In this document: piece after piece, positions 1 through 8,584 of the stretch
Layout: each line of letters starts with the position of its first letter
Position numbering within the stretch: the stretch's first letter is position 1
Translations under genes and position numbers: made by a program
The notes under the pieces: model-generated
The model's input: only the letters and a program-made list of their open reading frames with translations
Database searches by the model: none
Told to the model about the DNA's origin: nothing
DNA from: a virus
Taxonomy: Duplodnaviria; Caudoviricetes
Virus record (IMG/VR): IMGVR_UViG_3300033291_000001
Location: 1 to 55,923 of that record
Length of the DNA: 55,923 bases
Strand: one strand, 5' to 3'

Positions 1-127
1 TGGCTGCACTCATTTTAAATATATTTTGCTTTTCTGCCTCTGTCATTTTAAAATCTCCTTTGCATAAATTACGCCGCTACTGTAAAGTCGTAGATTACAC
101 TTGCTGCCATTTGTGTGTAATCACTTA
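1..127 (+). repeat. 127-bp end overlap, copy 1 (assembly circularisation)
   Basis: Identical to 55797-55923; joins chaperone gene 55408-55842 to tail tube gene 69-941 in normal order. Confidence 0.97.
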
Positions 128-941
128 ACGCTCTGCAATCTCCGCTGATACACACAAGATAAGTTGTTGCGGCCGATAAACTCGCGGTCGGATTTATTGT
201 AACCTCGTCCGTATCTGTTTGACTAACGCTTGCTGCAACTATAGCGCCCGCGGCACTTGTTAAAATAAAATGGTCGCCATCCACGCTATCGGGGTGTATG
301 TCCCGATTGAACGTAATAACAATATCAACTGTTGCAAGTTGATCGGTCGCCGCGTCGGCAGGCACAATACTTGATACTGCCATTGTTGCAGGCGATCCAT
401 CCGTTGCCACTGCCGTTTCTTGCATGTAGTATCCTAACTGATTTCCAGCGTCTTTAGTTGTGTCGCAAACTGCCATCGCAGTCATTTTAAAGCCTAACGT
501 GCCATCCTTTTTAAATACCATTTCCAAATCTGGCGAAATATTAACCTTATACAGCCTTACTCTTATATATAAACTTGTATTTGTTCGCCTTGGTGCTCTA
601 TACTCTAGTACATAATCTGTAAGCACAGTGTTTCCGCCAAACGTCAACTTATCATAACCGACTTGACCAGTTCCAGCCGCTTGCGTTGACACCGTTCCGT
701 AGCCGAGTGCATATTTTAGCTTTGTTGCTCCTGCTTCAGACAGAATTGTCTCGAACGTACACTCTTCCCCAGGGATATAATATCCCACTGGTGCAAGATA
801 TTGATCTGTTATAATTGGCTCAAGCTTGCCTGTATATTTGACTGTAGCACCCTCTGAGGTTAAGCCTAGATCAATTGGTACGCTATCTGGATTTAGTATA
901 GTGCTACCAGCTCCAACGTGGATATCGCTTGGTGATGCCAT
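69..941 (-). CDS. Major tail tube protein with C-terminal Ig-like (Big_5-type) domain
   Basis: Lies between tail terminator and chaperone; N-terminal DLGLTSEGATVKY tube-like motif; C-terminal ITFNRDIHPDSV...INPTASLSAATTY Ig-like segment. Confidence 0.85.
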   Translation of the reverse strand: MASPSDIHVGAGSTILNPDSVPIDLGLTSEGATVKYTGKLEPIITDQYLAPVGYYIPGEECTFETILSEAGATKLKYALGYGTVSTQAAGTGQVGYDKLTFGGNTVLTDYVLEYRAPRRTNTSLYIRVRLYKVNISPDLEMVFKKDGTLGFKMTAMAVCDTTKDAGNQLGYYMQETAVATDGSPATMAVSSIVPADAATDQLATVDIVITFNRDIHPDSVDGDHFILTSAAGAIVAASVSQTDTDEVTINPTASLSAATTYLVCISGDCRALSDYTQMAASVIYDFTVAA

Positions 942-958
942 ATGCCATCAACTCCTTT

Positions 959-1432
959 TTAATAATTACTTAATATATAATCAACACTACCCAGCACTTG
1001 ACACCCTTGTGCTAAACCGTGAGATACTGTAAATATATCTGAATATGTCGCATCGCTTATTAACTGATTATGCAATTGATATCCATTCCATTTTGTCTCA
1101 TTTCTCAAAATTTTGACAATTGCGTCTCCCAACCGGCATATAAATCTATGCAATGTTTCATTATCAACTTCTATGACCCATCCGACTACGGCAAAATTGA
1201 CAGCGCGTTCTTGCCATTCATACTGATCATTTATAACGCTACTACGTTGTGCCTGCACCGCTACCGATGGATACATTGTAAATTCGGTTGGCAAATAATT
1301 TCCAACTTTTAACTCTTGCAAATTGTCAATAAATACAGTCGCTCCACTTTCTACTTCAATTATATCTATCGTGCTATCAATGCTATCCGACAAAATAGTT
1401 TTTATCGCATCTAAGGCAAGTTCTGTGTTCAT
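959..1432 (-). CDS. Putative tail terminator/completion protein
   Basis: Size, synteny immediately before tail tube, YPSVAV motif. Confidence 0.6.
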   Translation of the reverse strand: MNTELALDAIKTILSDSIDSTIDIIEVESGATVFIDNLQELKVGNYLPTEFTMYPSVAVQAQRSSVINDQYEWQERAVNFAVVGWVIEVDNETLHRFICRLGDAIVKILRNETKWNGYQLHNQLISDATYSDIFTVSHGLAQGCQVLGSVDYILSNY

Positions 1433-1908
1433 GTTTGCCCTCCGTTAATTGATCTAAAAATATACTCATGTGCGATTCGCGTCCATCTACTTTTTTCAGC
1501 TTCTGTTATTTGTAGCGGCGGTCTAGCTGGCATTTTCCGCGTACCCGATTGATGATATTTTGCATATTTAATATCTGTTCCTATTGCCAAGCTTTCGCTT
1601 TCAATTTGCTCAACGTGCCCGCTGCCCATGGAAGTCAACGATTGCCTTAGCTTTCCAGTTGCTTCAAGTATTTTTCTGCCTGGATACTTTTTATCTTTTT
1701 GAACTTTATACATAGGAGACAATGCAGGCCATGCAGAACCGCCTTCAAAACTTCCTTCGCTTGAAAAGATGCCTTCTTCTGTCTTTTTAAAATCTTTAGC
1801 GATCGATCTAAACATTGGTTCAAAATCATTTAAATCATTTGCCATTATATCTAAAATACGACTTAGTTCAGTTGTTCCACTAAAGCTAAAACTTAATCTA
1901 AATGCCAT
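1429..1908 (-). CDS. Phage virion morphogenesis protein (Mu gpG / P2 S-like)
   Basis: WPALSP..Y...K, ILEATGKLRQS, IGTDIKYAKYHQSG, MPARP motifs. Confidence 0.85.
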   Translation of the reverse strand: MAFRLSFSFSGTTELSRILDIMANDLNDFEPMFRSIAKDFKKTEEGIFSSEGSFEGGSAWPALSPMYKVQKDKKYPGRKILEATGKLRQSLTSMGSGHVEQIESESLAIGTDIKYAKYHQSGTRKMPARPPLQITEAEKSRWTRIAHEYIFRSINGGQT

Positions 1909-1912
1909 ATTA

Positions 1913-2365
1913 TCACCACTGATCCTCTCCGATTTCCCAAACAGGAGCTACGCCTGCATTGTCATTGTCGGAATTCCCATGTGCTGTATAACTGTAAAGT
2001 CCCCTGGTAGAATCAAGCTTAGTTGAGTTTGGCAAATCAAGTGTAAAGCTAAGTATTTCGCCAAGCCTCATATTTGCATCTTCGCACCACTTTGACACAA
2101 TCTCAGGCAACTCTCCAGACGTTTGTAAAACTAGTATTTCCGCAATTTTACAAGCTGCGATGCGAGCGGAAATAAAAGATAAAATTTTGATATCATCTGA
2201 ATCAGTTATGGGTACTTGGTATTTTTTGCTTATTTTGCCATCTATGTATGCATCGGCCTCGGCTATATGCGTACCTGCTACCTCGGTGGACGTAACTTTC
2301 GACGTAGCCGAAAACGTGCACCATTTAATTAAACTTTGAACATTTGCTAACGTTGAATATGCCAC
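1913..2365 (-). CDS. Head-tail adaptor (Mu gp36 / DUF1320-like)
   Basis: MAYST.., EADAYIDGKI...YQVPI pattern; GTG start with GGAGG RBS. Confidence 0.75.
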   Translation of the reverse strand: MAYSTLANVQSLIKWCTFSATSKVTSTEVAGTHIAEADAYIDGKISKKYQVPITDSDDIKILSFISARIAACKIAEILVLQTSGELPEIVSKWCEDANMRLGEILSFTLDLPNSTKLDSTRGLYSYTAHGNSDNDNAGVAPVWEIGEDQW

Positions 2366-2406
2366 AACTCAACCCTCCTTGATTTATATATTTTGCTTTA
2401 CCAGGG

Positions 2407-2808
2407 TTAATATTCATGTCCCGCAAAGCTTATTATTACTGTACGCGCCGCTCCACCCGAACATGCAACCGCCGCCGATATGCGAGTGTTTGGTAATTGC
2501 TTAGGAATCATCATTGGCACACTTACAACGCCATTTCCAGCAACCGTTGTTTTTGTAAATTTTACCTGCGCAATCAAAACTTCTGATGCAATATTAGTAG
2601 GTATTACTTCGGCCTTTGCGCCTAATGTATATGCATCGTTATGCGCTGTAAGAGTTACGCCACCCGACAAAAACGGATAGATAAACTGTTGAGCATGTGT
2701 ATGCGTATATAAAGTTTTGTCATAACCATACAAATTGTCGCCAGTATGATTGTCAGTATCTTTATTGCCTATTGTTTTTGCCGATTCGTCTTGATTGTTA
2801 GATGCCGT
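2407..2808 (-). CDS. Hypothetical virion-associated protein; the best RBS points to an ACG codon at 2808
   Basis: Frame stays open from 2733 back to 2808; GAGGTG lies 6 nt upstream of ACG. Confidence 0.55.
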   Translation of the reverse strand, partial: TASNNQDESAKTIGNKDTDNHTGDNLYGYDKTLYTHTHAQQFIYPFLSGGVTLTAHNDAYTLGAKAEVIPTNIASEVLIAQVKFTKTTVAGNGVVSVPMMIPKQLPNTRISAAVACSGGAARTVIISFAGHEY

Positions 2809-2819
2809 AATTTACACCT

Positions 2820-4298
2820 CTAAACCATAGCCGATCCATCGCCAGCGACAACAGCACCAGTAGCATTGAGCGGTTCCCACACACAATGAAATACAATTAC
2901 TCCATCCGTAGCCGCTTCGCCTGCAATTTCATATCCAACATCAACGCCATTTACAACTTTATCAAAAACCAAGGAACTATAATTTCCATTGGTTTCTGTT
3001 GGCGTTGCGTCTGCCCAAATTTCACCGACTGTCAAGTCATCAACTTCGGTCGCTGCAATCCAGTCATTCGTTGCATCCTCTGTTCCAAGCTGGATTGTCG
3101 AAGTGTTTCCACTTGTATCATCACCAGTTGTTGTAACTTCTGCAATCACTCGCATCCTTACAAGTCCTGTTACTGTAAATAGTTCATGCGTTGCGACCGT
3201 GTTAAATGTTGCACTTGTCAAATCTATTGTTACAGCTAAATAATTCGGATTGTTATAATGTACCATACCTCTTTTTAACTCATCGACAATAGATAAATTT
3301 GTGCCTGGCTCACTTCCACCTGTTCCATTTCGCAGTGAATCCCAGACATCTCTCAAAACTTCTGCCAAACTTACATTGTTCGCAGGCGCTGCCGATGCCG
3401 GAAATGTCGCAATTCCAGTTGCACCATACAACGCATCTGTTACGGTTGAAATGTTTCCGGTTGAAATTGTGCCAACGGATAGATCGCCGCATCCCAAGTA
3501 AATATAAGTTGATCCTGTTACGGTATCTACAATATTTTTGCTTCCATCCGTTGTTCCGTTTACGTAAAACACCGTATTTTTCGCAACAACATTAGTACAT
3601 GCATTACTTACAAGATTGATAATACCCGTTGTAACTTTTGTCCTAAATATGCAATCTTCAAAAAGTGCATTATCAACGCCGTTTAAACTAAATACTCTTG
3701 CGTTTGCATTGCCGCCTGTATAGCCATTTTTAAAACACCCAATCGCTTTAAACCTATCGCCTGTTACAGTCCAGTCGGAAATAACTTCTTTATCTGTTGT
3801 ATCCCGCATTTCGCAATTAATCAACTTGCAATCTGTTCCACTAATTGTTCCATATGTCACCACGGAATCAATAGCAGTTACAAATAAGCAATTTTCAATC
3901 GTAACGTTTGCGGCCGATATAGTAACTGTCGTTCCTGTGTGGCCAAAACTAAACGTTGCACGATTAGAACCTTCGCCAAGTCCGATTATAGTTATTCCCG
4001 CCACGTCTGCTGTAAACTTAGCACCTGTGGTTGTCCAGCTTTCAGCATGTCCTTCCGCTAAAAGTATTACATCGCCCTGATTTGCTGTACATTTATTTAT
4101 TGCTGCATCCAATGTTGCAAGTGGTCTAATCCAACTCCTGCCATCGTTTGTATCGGACGTATTCGATGCGTCCGAATCAACATAAAAAGTTTTGCCAGTT
4201 CCTGCAATTATTGATTTTTCGCCAATCCTGCATTCGCCGTTAACTTTTAGTCCGCCTGTTGTTACTCGTCTAAAATATCCTATAAAATTGTCACCCAT
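2820..4298 (-). CDS. Head-associated fibre/decoration protein with right-handed beta-helix
   Basis: FYVDS..SDTNDGRSW..PLATLDAAI..GDVILL motif typical of pectate-lyase-like beta helices; follows the capsid gene. Confidence 0.65.
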   Translation of the reverse strand: MGDNFIGYFRRVTTGGLKVNGECRIGEKSIIAGTGKTFYVDSDASNTSDTNDGRSWIRPLATLDAAINKCTANQGDVILLAEGHAESWTTTGAKFTADVAGITIIGLGEGSNRATFSFGHTGTTVTISAANVTIENCLFVTAIDSVVTYGTISGTDCKLINCEMRDTTDKEVISDWTVTGDRFKAIGCFKNGYTGGNANARVFSLNGVDNALFEDCIFRTKVTTGIINLVSNACTNVVAKNTVFYVNGTTDGSKNIVDTVTGSTYIYLGCGDLSVGTISTGNISTVTDALYGATGIATFPASAAPANNVSLAEVLRDVWDSLRNGTGGSEPGTNLSIVDELKRGMVHYNNPNYLAVTIDLTSATFNTVATHELFTVTGLVRMRVIAEVTTTGDDTSGNTSTIQLGTEDATNDWIAATEVDDLTVGEIWADATPTETNGNYSSLVFDKVVNGVDVGYEIAGEAATDGVIVFHCVWEPLNATGAVVAGDGSAMV

Positions 4299-4312
4299 TA
4301 CGTGACCTCCTT

Positions 4313-4344
4313 AAAAAAAGGGAACTCGGAGCCTGTTGACTCCG
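4313..4344 (-). terminator. Hairpin after capsid gene (possible leaky terminator)
   Basis: CGGAGTC-AACA-GGCTCCG stem, T7 tract 7 nt downstream. Confidence 0.4.
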
Positions 4345-4349
4345 GCAAA

Positions 4350-5291
4350 TTACGAAATTACTGTTTTCATTACATACCCCAAATCGCTACCAACAACTTT
4401 GGCATCGCAATTCATGTATGCTTCATATACGTCAGAATGAATATTCTCGTCTCTCCAAGTTCTTACACCTCTTGTCATTCCGTTTTCTTCGAGTACAAAA
4501 GTATATAAAGCGGTAGGAGTTTCAGGAGCCGGAGCCGGAGCAACATGACCAACCCAAATGTCACCAGACCAAATTTGCGAAAATGAATCAGTCTGTCCAA
4601 GTACGGCAGTATTTACCATTGCTCCACAGATTTGTATGTCAATAGGTGTGTCATTGCTTAAAATGTCCACCAACACCGCGACTGTTGCGGTTCTCATTGT
4701 TGTCGAAGGCATTCTTTCAAGCAGTTGTGGATGATGTTTTAATATTTTCCAAACATCCTTTGAGATAGCTATTTTGTTGACTGGTTGTCCTGTGTTGTCC
4801 TCTACTGTTCCAATGGCAGTTTCAAACTCGGATACAGGATCACTTGTTTCGTAATTATCAAACGTCACGCTTGGAGTACTGTAGTTTGTTCCCCAATTCG
4901 CAACTGTAGTACAAAGACTAGCTATCATTTGTTCATACTTCAAAAGTATTTGGTCAGTTACAAACATAGTTTTGTTTTGTTCTAGCCTCAAGATAGAATC
5001 TGCATTTTTTCTTTGCCTATCGGTTATTTCGGTCGAAATTGCTATCTCGTCTGTGTAGTATGTGCTAGTACTTAGTCTAAAGCCATGCCTTTTTGAAGGC
5101 GTTCCATCTGCTCTTATAGCAGCGTTACTTCTAAACATGTCACCTTTGTTAAATATGTAATACTTATTTGATTCCTTGTCAACAGGAACCATCGGAGCTA
5201 TGCCATCTGCTTTATATAAAACATTTCTATACAACGTTGACACGTTTGACAACGGAATATCAACATGTACATCTGATAGTACTGGATTCAT
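4350..5291 (-). CDS. Major capsid protein
   Basis: 313 aa after protease and cement genes; HVDIPLSNVS..Y N-terminus, LKHHPQL, DLGY C-terminus. Confidence 0.88.
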   Translation of the reverse strand: MNPVLSDVHVDIPLSNVSTLYRNVLYKADGIAPMVPVDKESNKYYIFNKGDMFRSNAAIRADGTPSKRHGFRLSTSTYYTDEIAISTEITDRQRKNADSILRLEQNKTMFVTDQILLKYEQMIASLCTTVANWGTNYSTPSVTFDNYETSDPVSEFETAIGTVEDNTGQPVNKIAISKDVWKILKHHPQLLERMPSTTMRTATVAVLVDILSNDTPIDIQICGAMVNTAVLGQTDSFSQIWSGDIWVGHVAPAPAPETPTALYTFVLEENGMTRGVRTWRDENIHSDVYEAYMNCDAKVVGSDLGYVMKTVIS

Positions 5292-5318
5292 TACTTCACT
5301 TCCTTTTCTAATTTATTA

Positions 5319-5702
5319 TTAATCGTCTCCTGCACCTGATAAGCTTCCGCCAATGCAAAGCAGACAAGATATTATGTCGTTGTCGTCACCTGCTTCAAGT
5401 GCGATTGCTGAGTATTCGGCATCGTCACTTGTTGTTGCTACTGCATCGCCATTGCTGTCGGGTGTAAGTTTTGCAAGTTCAGTAACAGTCCCGCCCAACA
5501 TAACGTTTGTAACGCCTATGACCATGACTTCTCCTGCCGCATCAGCTTCGGATGGTTTATTTTGCAAAACACCTATTGTCGCAACTGCACTTCCGGCAGT
5601 ATCTATTGAACCCGAAGATAATGTCATAAACTTATATTGTTTTGTTGACAAATCTCCTGCTGCGGGAAAAGTAAGACTTAAAACTTTATTTTCTCCAGCC
5701 AT
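5319..5702 (-). CDS. Capsid cement/decoration protein (DUF2190-like)
   Basis: IGVLQNKP, AIALEA...DIIS pattern; between protease and capsid. Confidence 0.75.
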   Translation of the reverse strand: MAGENKVLSLTFPAAGDLSTKQYKFMTLSSGSIDTAGSAVATIGVLQNKPSEADAAGEVMVIGVTNVMLGGTVTELAKLTPDSNGDAVATTSDDAEYSAIALEAGDDNDIISCLLCIGGSLSGAGDD

Positions 5703-6985
5703 TACATTCCACCTCTTCTTTCTGCTAGATATGCTTTTGTTAGTTCGGGAAATTCAGTTTCCGCAAGAACTAACGCATCTCCATAATTAACTTTTCTTTC
5801 TTTCACAATTGATTGAACTTTTTCGTTAAATTTCATTGTGGCAGTTTTGGAAACTTCGGACTCGCCCTGAGAAGAGCCAACTTCACCCATCTTTACAGCA
5901 ACCGGCAATGTTTCCATCAACGCCAATGTTCCAACTTTATCAACTAAATAATTTTTCTTGAATGCATCTGCCATCGCTGGAGTCATTTTGCCTTCATCAA
6001 GATACTTAGTTGACACTGCATTCCATTCAGCTTCATCAAGTTTTACTTCAATAGCCTTGATTTTTTCATCAAGTTTAATATTTGTATTGCTTGTAGCTTT
6101 ATTTGCTTCTTTCAAAGTTTTGATTTCAGTATCTTTTGTATTAACAGATTCAGACAATTTAACATTTGCTTCAATCATTTTGTTCACAGCGTCGTTAATT
6201 GCTTCTTCTGTAGCGTCTTCACTCAAGTTCAAAACTTTCATATTTGCTTCACTTAATTTCAACTCATTCACTTCCTTTTCTTTTTTTTGATCTATGTTAA
6301 ATGCCGTGTTCGACATAGTTTCTTTATATACATCTTCGGATAGCAAAACCGGAGCCATCTTTTTGATAAATGGTCTGTTTGTTAGGCTCCCGCCAAGTAA
6401 GACATTGGTATATTGTTGATTAGTTTCGTTGTCTTTGTAGCTAAATGTAAATTCAGGACTAAAATATTTATACATATTTTCTGCAAGTTGATTTTTGCCT
6501 AAATCGGTCCATTCGATTTCAGCAAGCAAACTGTTTCCAGACCTTTCAAGCGATTTAACCCATCCTGCCGCCGCTCCTGCATGTACAGTTTCGCCATGCT
6601 CCAGGTCGATTGCAATATCAATACCTCGCACATTATCGGCAAAATGCTTTACGAATCCGTCAATGTCACTTTCGGTAATTGTAAAATCTCCGTATTTTGG
6701 ATGCTTCCAATTACCAGTCCTCATGATTTCAACTTTGTTGCCTTTGATTTCTGCAAGTGTAATATAATGCAATGATTCAAATTTTGCCTCACTTGCTTTC
6801 ATCCATTCGCCAGACTTACCCTTTTTGAATCCTGCATTTCCAACTGCTGACCATGCAATTTTATTAGCTGACTCTTCGTCATTACTTTTCTTAAACGCCG
6901 AATTAAACGCCGCCATGAAAATTGTTTTTGCCTTCTCAGGGAGGTTTTTAGTATTTTCCGGCAATTCGCTTATATTTTTATACAA
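5702..6985 (-). CDS. ChaB-domain + Mu-like I prohead protease/scaffold
   Basis: N-terminal ELP..LPEKA..IFMAAFNSA..AWSAV (ChaB); IDLEH, AAGWV, YKYFSPEF, LTNRPF protease motifs; coiled-coil C-terminus. Confidence 0.85.
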   Translation of the reverse strand: MYKNISELPENTKNLPEKAKTIFMAAFNSAFKKSNDEESANKIAWSAVGNAGFKKGKSGEWMKASEAKFESLHYITLAEIKGNKVEIMRTGNWKHPKYGDFTITESDIDGFVKHFADNVRGIDIAIDLEHGETVHAGAAAGWVKSLERSGNSLLAEIEWTDLGKNQLAENMYKYFSPEFTFSYKDNETNQQYTNVLLGGSLTNRPFIKKMAPVLLSEDVYKETMSNTAFNIDQKKEKEVNELKLSEANMKVLNLSEDATEEAINDAVNKMIEANVKLSESVNTKDTEIKTLKEANKATSNTNIKLDEKIKAIEVKLDEAEWNAVSTKYLDEGKMTPAMADAFKKNYLVDKVGTLALMETLPVAVKMGEVGSSQGESEVSKTATMKFNEKVQSIVKERKVNYGDALVLAETEFPELTKAYLAERRGGM

Positions 6986-7000
6986 TTTTTCACCTACTTT

Positions 7001-7360
7001 CTACACGCAACATATCGTTGCGACAACTTTTCCTGCTGTATCAAGCACAGTTGACTTAATATATATAGCCAAATACGGAATATATGCAGTACTTGACTTA
7101 TTTACAATTTCGACACCTGCCGCCGCGACTGACGTTTCAGACTTGACAGTTATGTCAAAATTAGTTCCATCAATACTACCTAGCATTTTGTAGTCAATCG
7201 AATTAGCTGCATCTGTGTTTTCAAGCCGCACAGCACAATTCATGCGACCTCTTAAATCAAAAGTTTCAAGGGCTACATAAGCATTTGTTGTCGTAGTTTC
7301 GTCATATGTGTAGTCAAAATGCTGTAATCTTGTATCGCCGCATTTTCTAGCACTTATCAT
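7001..7360 (-). CDS. Hypothetical virion protein
   Basis: Beta-rich ORF in head cluster; ATG at 7360 fits GAAAGGA RBS. Confidence 0.55.
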   Translation of the reverse strand: MISARKCGDTRLQHFDYTYDETTTTNAYVALETFDLRGRMNCAVRLENTDAANSIDYKMLGSIDGTNFDITVKSETSVAAAGVEIVNKSSTAYIPYLAIYIKSTVLDTAGKVVATICCV

Positions 7361-7365
7361 GTATG

Positions 7366-8220
7366 TCAATCCTTTCTATACACGTCTACAATTACGTTGT
7401 ATCTAAATTCAGCATCTTTCATTTCCTTAACCGAATTTACTTTATATGTAAAATCACTACTAAACATAACATCAACGCCGTCCAAAACCAAAAGCTTGTA
7501 CCCAGCCGGAACGTTAACCTGTAACAATACATCGTTTTTATTTACTTTATCAATATTTAATTTTCCTAACGCATATGGATCTTTAATTTTACTTCCTATG
7601 GATTTTTCAATATTCTTGAACTCGCTTAGACTTGTACCTGCGAACACCGACACGGCTTTGCCGATTGGTTGAACATTTTTGAATACATTGTCAAGATTCT
7701 TAAGTTCTTGACTCTTTATGTTATTATATTTTAACTTATTTATTGCGTTTGCGAAAGCCCCATTTTTAACTTTTTCAATTGTCGCTTTTTCACCTGCTAA
7801 CAATTTTGATTGCGTTTGCTGTTTTACTTTTACAGCCGCACTTGTTGTTAAAACTTTATTAGGAGCTATTGTACTTTTTAGACTTAAGTTTTGACCTGTT
7901 AATTGCCCATGCCTTTCTACCAATTCTCTACTCGGTTCTCTGTCTGTAATCTGTGGCGGATTCGCTTCATCATTTCCGACATACACATAAATACAGCGAC
8001 ACCGCCCGTGCTGAGGCGGCATGTATCTATAATAATTATCGCGTCCAACTTCGTAAACATTGCCGTCAAGATCTTTGCATAATGGGCAGGTAGCGCCGTC
8101 CAAAATTACAGAATATTCCGCAATCCTTGAACTTTGTATCGCCGTTCTATCCCTTCCCAGATTAACCATATTTGAAATACCCGACATGTTGTCCTCTAAA
8201 ATCTGATCATATGTAGACAT
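7366..8220 (-). CDS. MuF/gp7 head morphogenesis C-terminal half fused to degenerate ADP-ribosyltransferase-like domain
   Basis: ILDGATCPLCKDLDG and PPQHGRCRC MuF motifs; C-terminal VIP2-like pattern lacking R/STS/ExE. Confidence 0.75.
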   Translation of the reverse strand: MSTYDQILEDNMSGISNMVNLGRDRTAIQSSRIAEYSVILDGATCPLCKDLDGNVYEVGRDNYYRYMPPQHGRCRCIYVYVGNDEANPPQITDREPSRELVERHGQLTGQNLSLKSTIAPNKVLTTSAAVKVKQQTQSKLLAGEKATIEKVKNGAFANAINKLKYNNIKSQELKNLDNVFKNVQPIGKAVSVFAGTSLSEFKNIEKSIGSKIKDPYALGKLNIDKVNKNDVLLQVNVPAGYKLLVLDGVDVMFSSDFTYKVNSVKEMKDAEFRYNVIVDVYRKD

Positions 8221-8241
8221 TAATTATCATTCCTTATTTAA

Positions 8242-8580
8242 TTATTCGTCATCGTCGTCAATATTCGGAAGTCTTGTAAATTCGCTATCAAGGCCATAAT
8301 CATCAACCAAATACGCCCCCGAAAACTCATCTATAAAATTTTTAATATAATTTATATGTATGTCTGCAACATTGCTACTACACACAATATTTGTAAGCGG
8401 ATGTAGATAGATATTCATGTCGCTTCCTGTTTCGCTAAAAATTAAATTGTATTCATGTGTTATGCTTGCTACAAAACCTTTGTATACATATTTACATATA
8501 CATCTTTCATTATTGCTTGCGATTATTTTGAACTTTTCAAAGTTTTGAAAAAAACATAATATTAAATTTTTGTATTGCAT
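8242..8580 (-). CDS. Hypothetical protein between portal and MuF
   Basis: ORF with GGAGG RBS, acidic C-terminus. Confidence 0.6.
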   Translation of the reverse strand: MQYKNLILCFFQNFEKFKIIASNNERCICKYVYKGFVASITHEYNLIFSETGSDMNIYLHPLTNIVCSSNVADIHINYIKNFIDEFSGAYLVDDYGLDSEFTRLPNIDDDDE

Positions 8581-8584
8581 AAAA

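Noticed and set aside
1-127. 127-bp direct terminal repeat as a biological genome end
   Set aside because: Length matches a common assembler k-mer and it falls across tail genes; best explained as circular overlap
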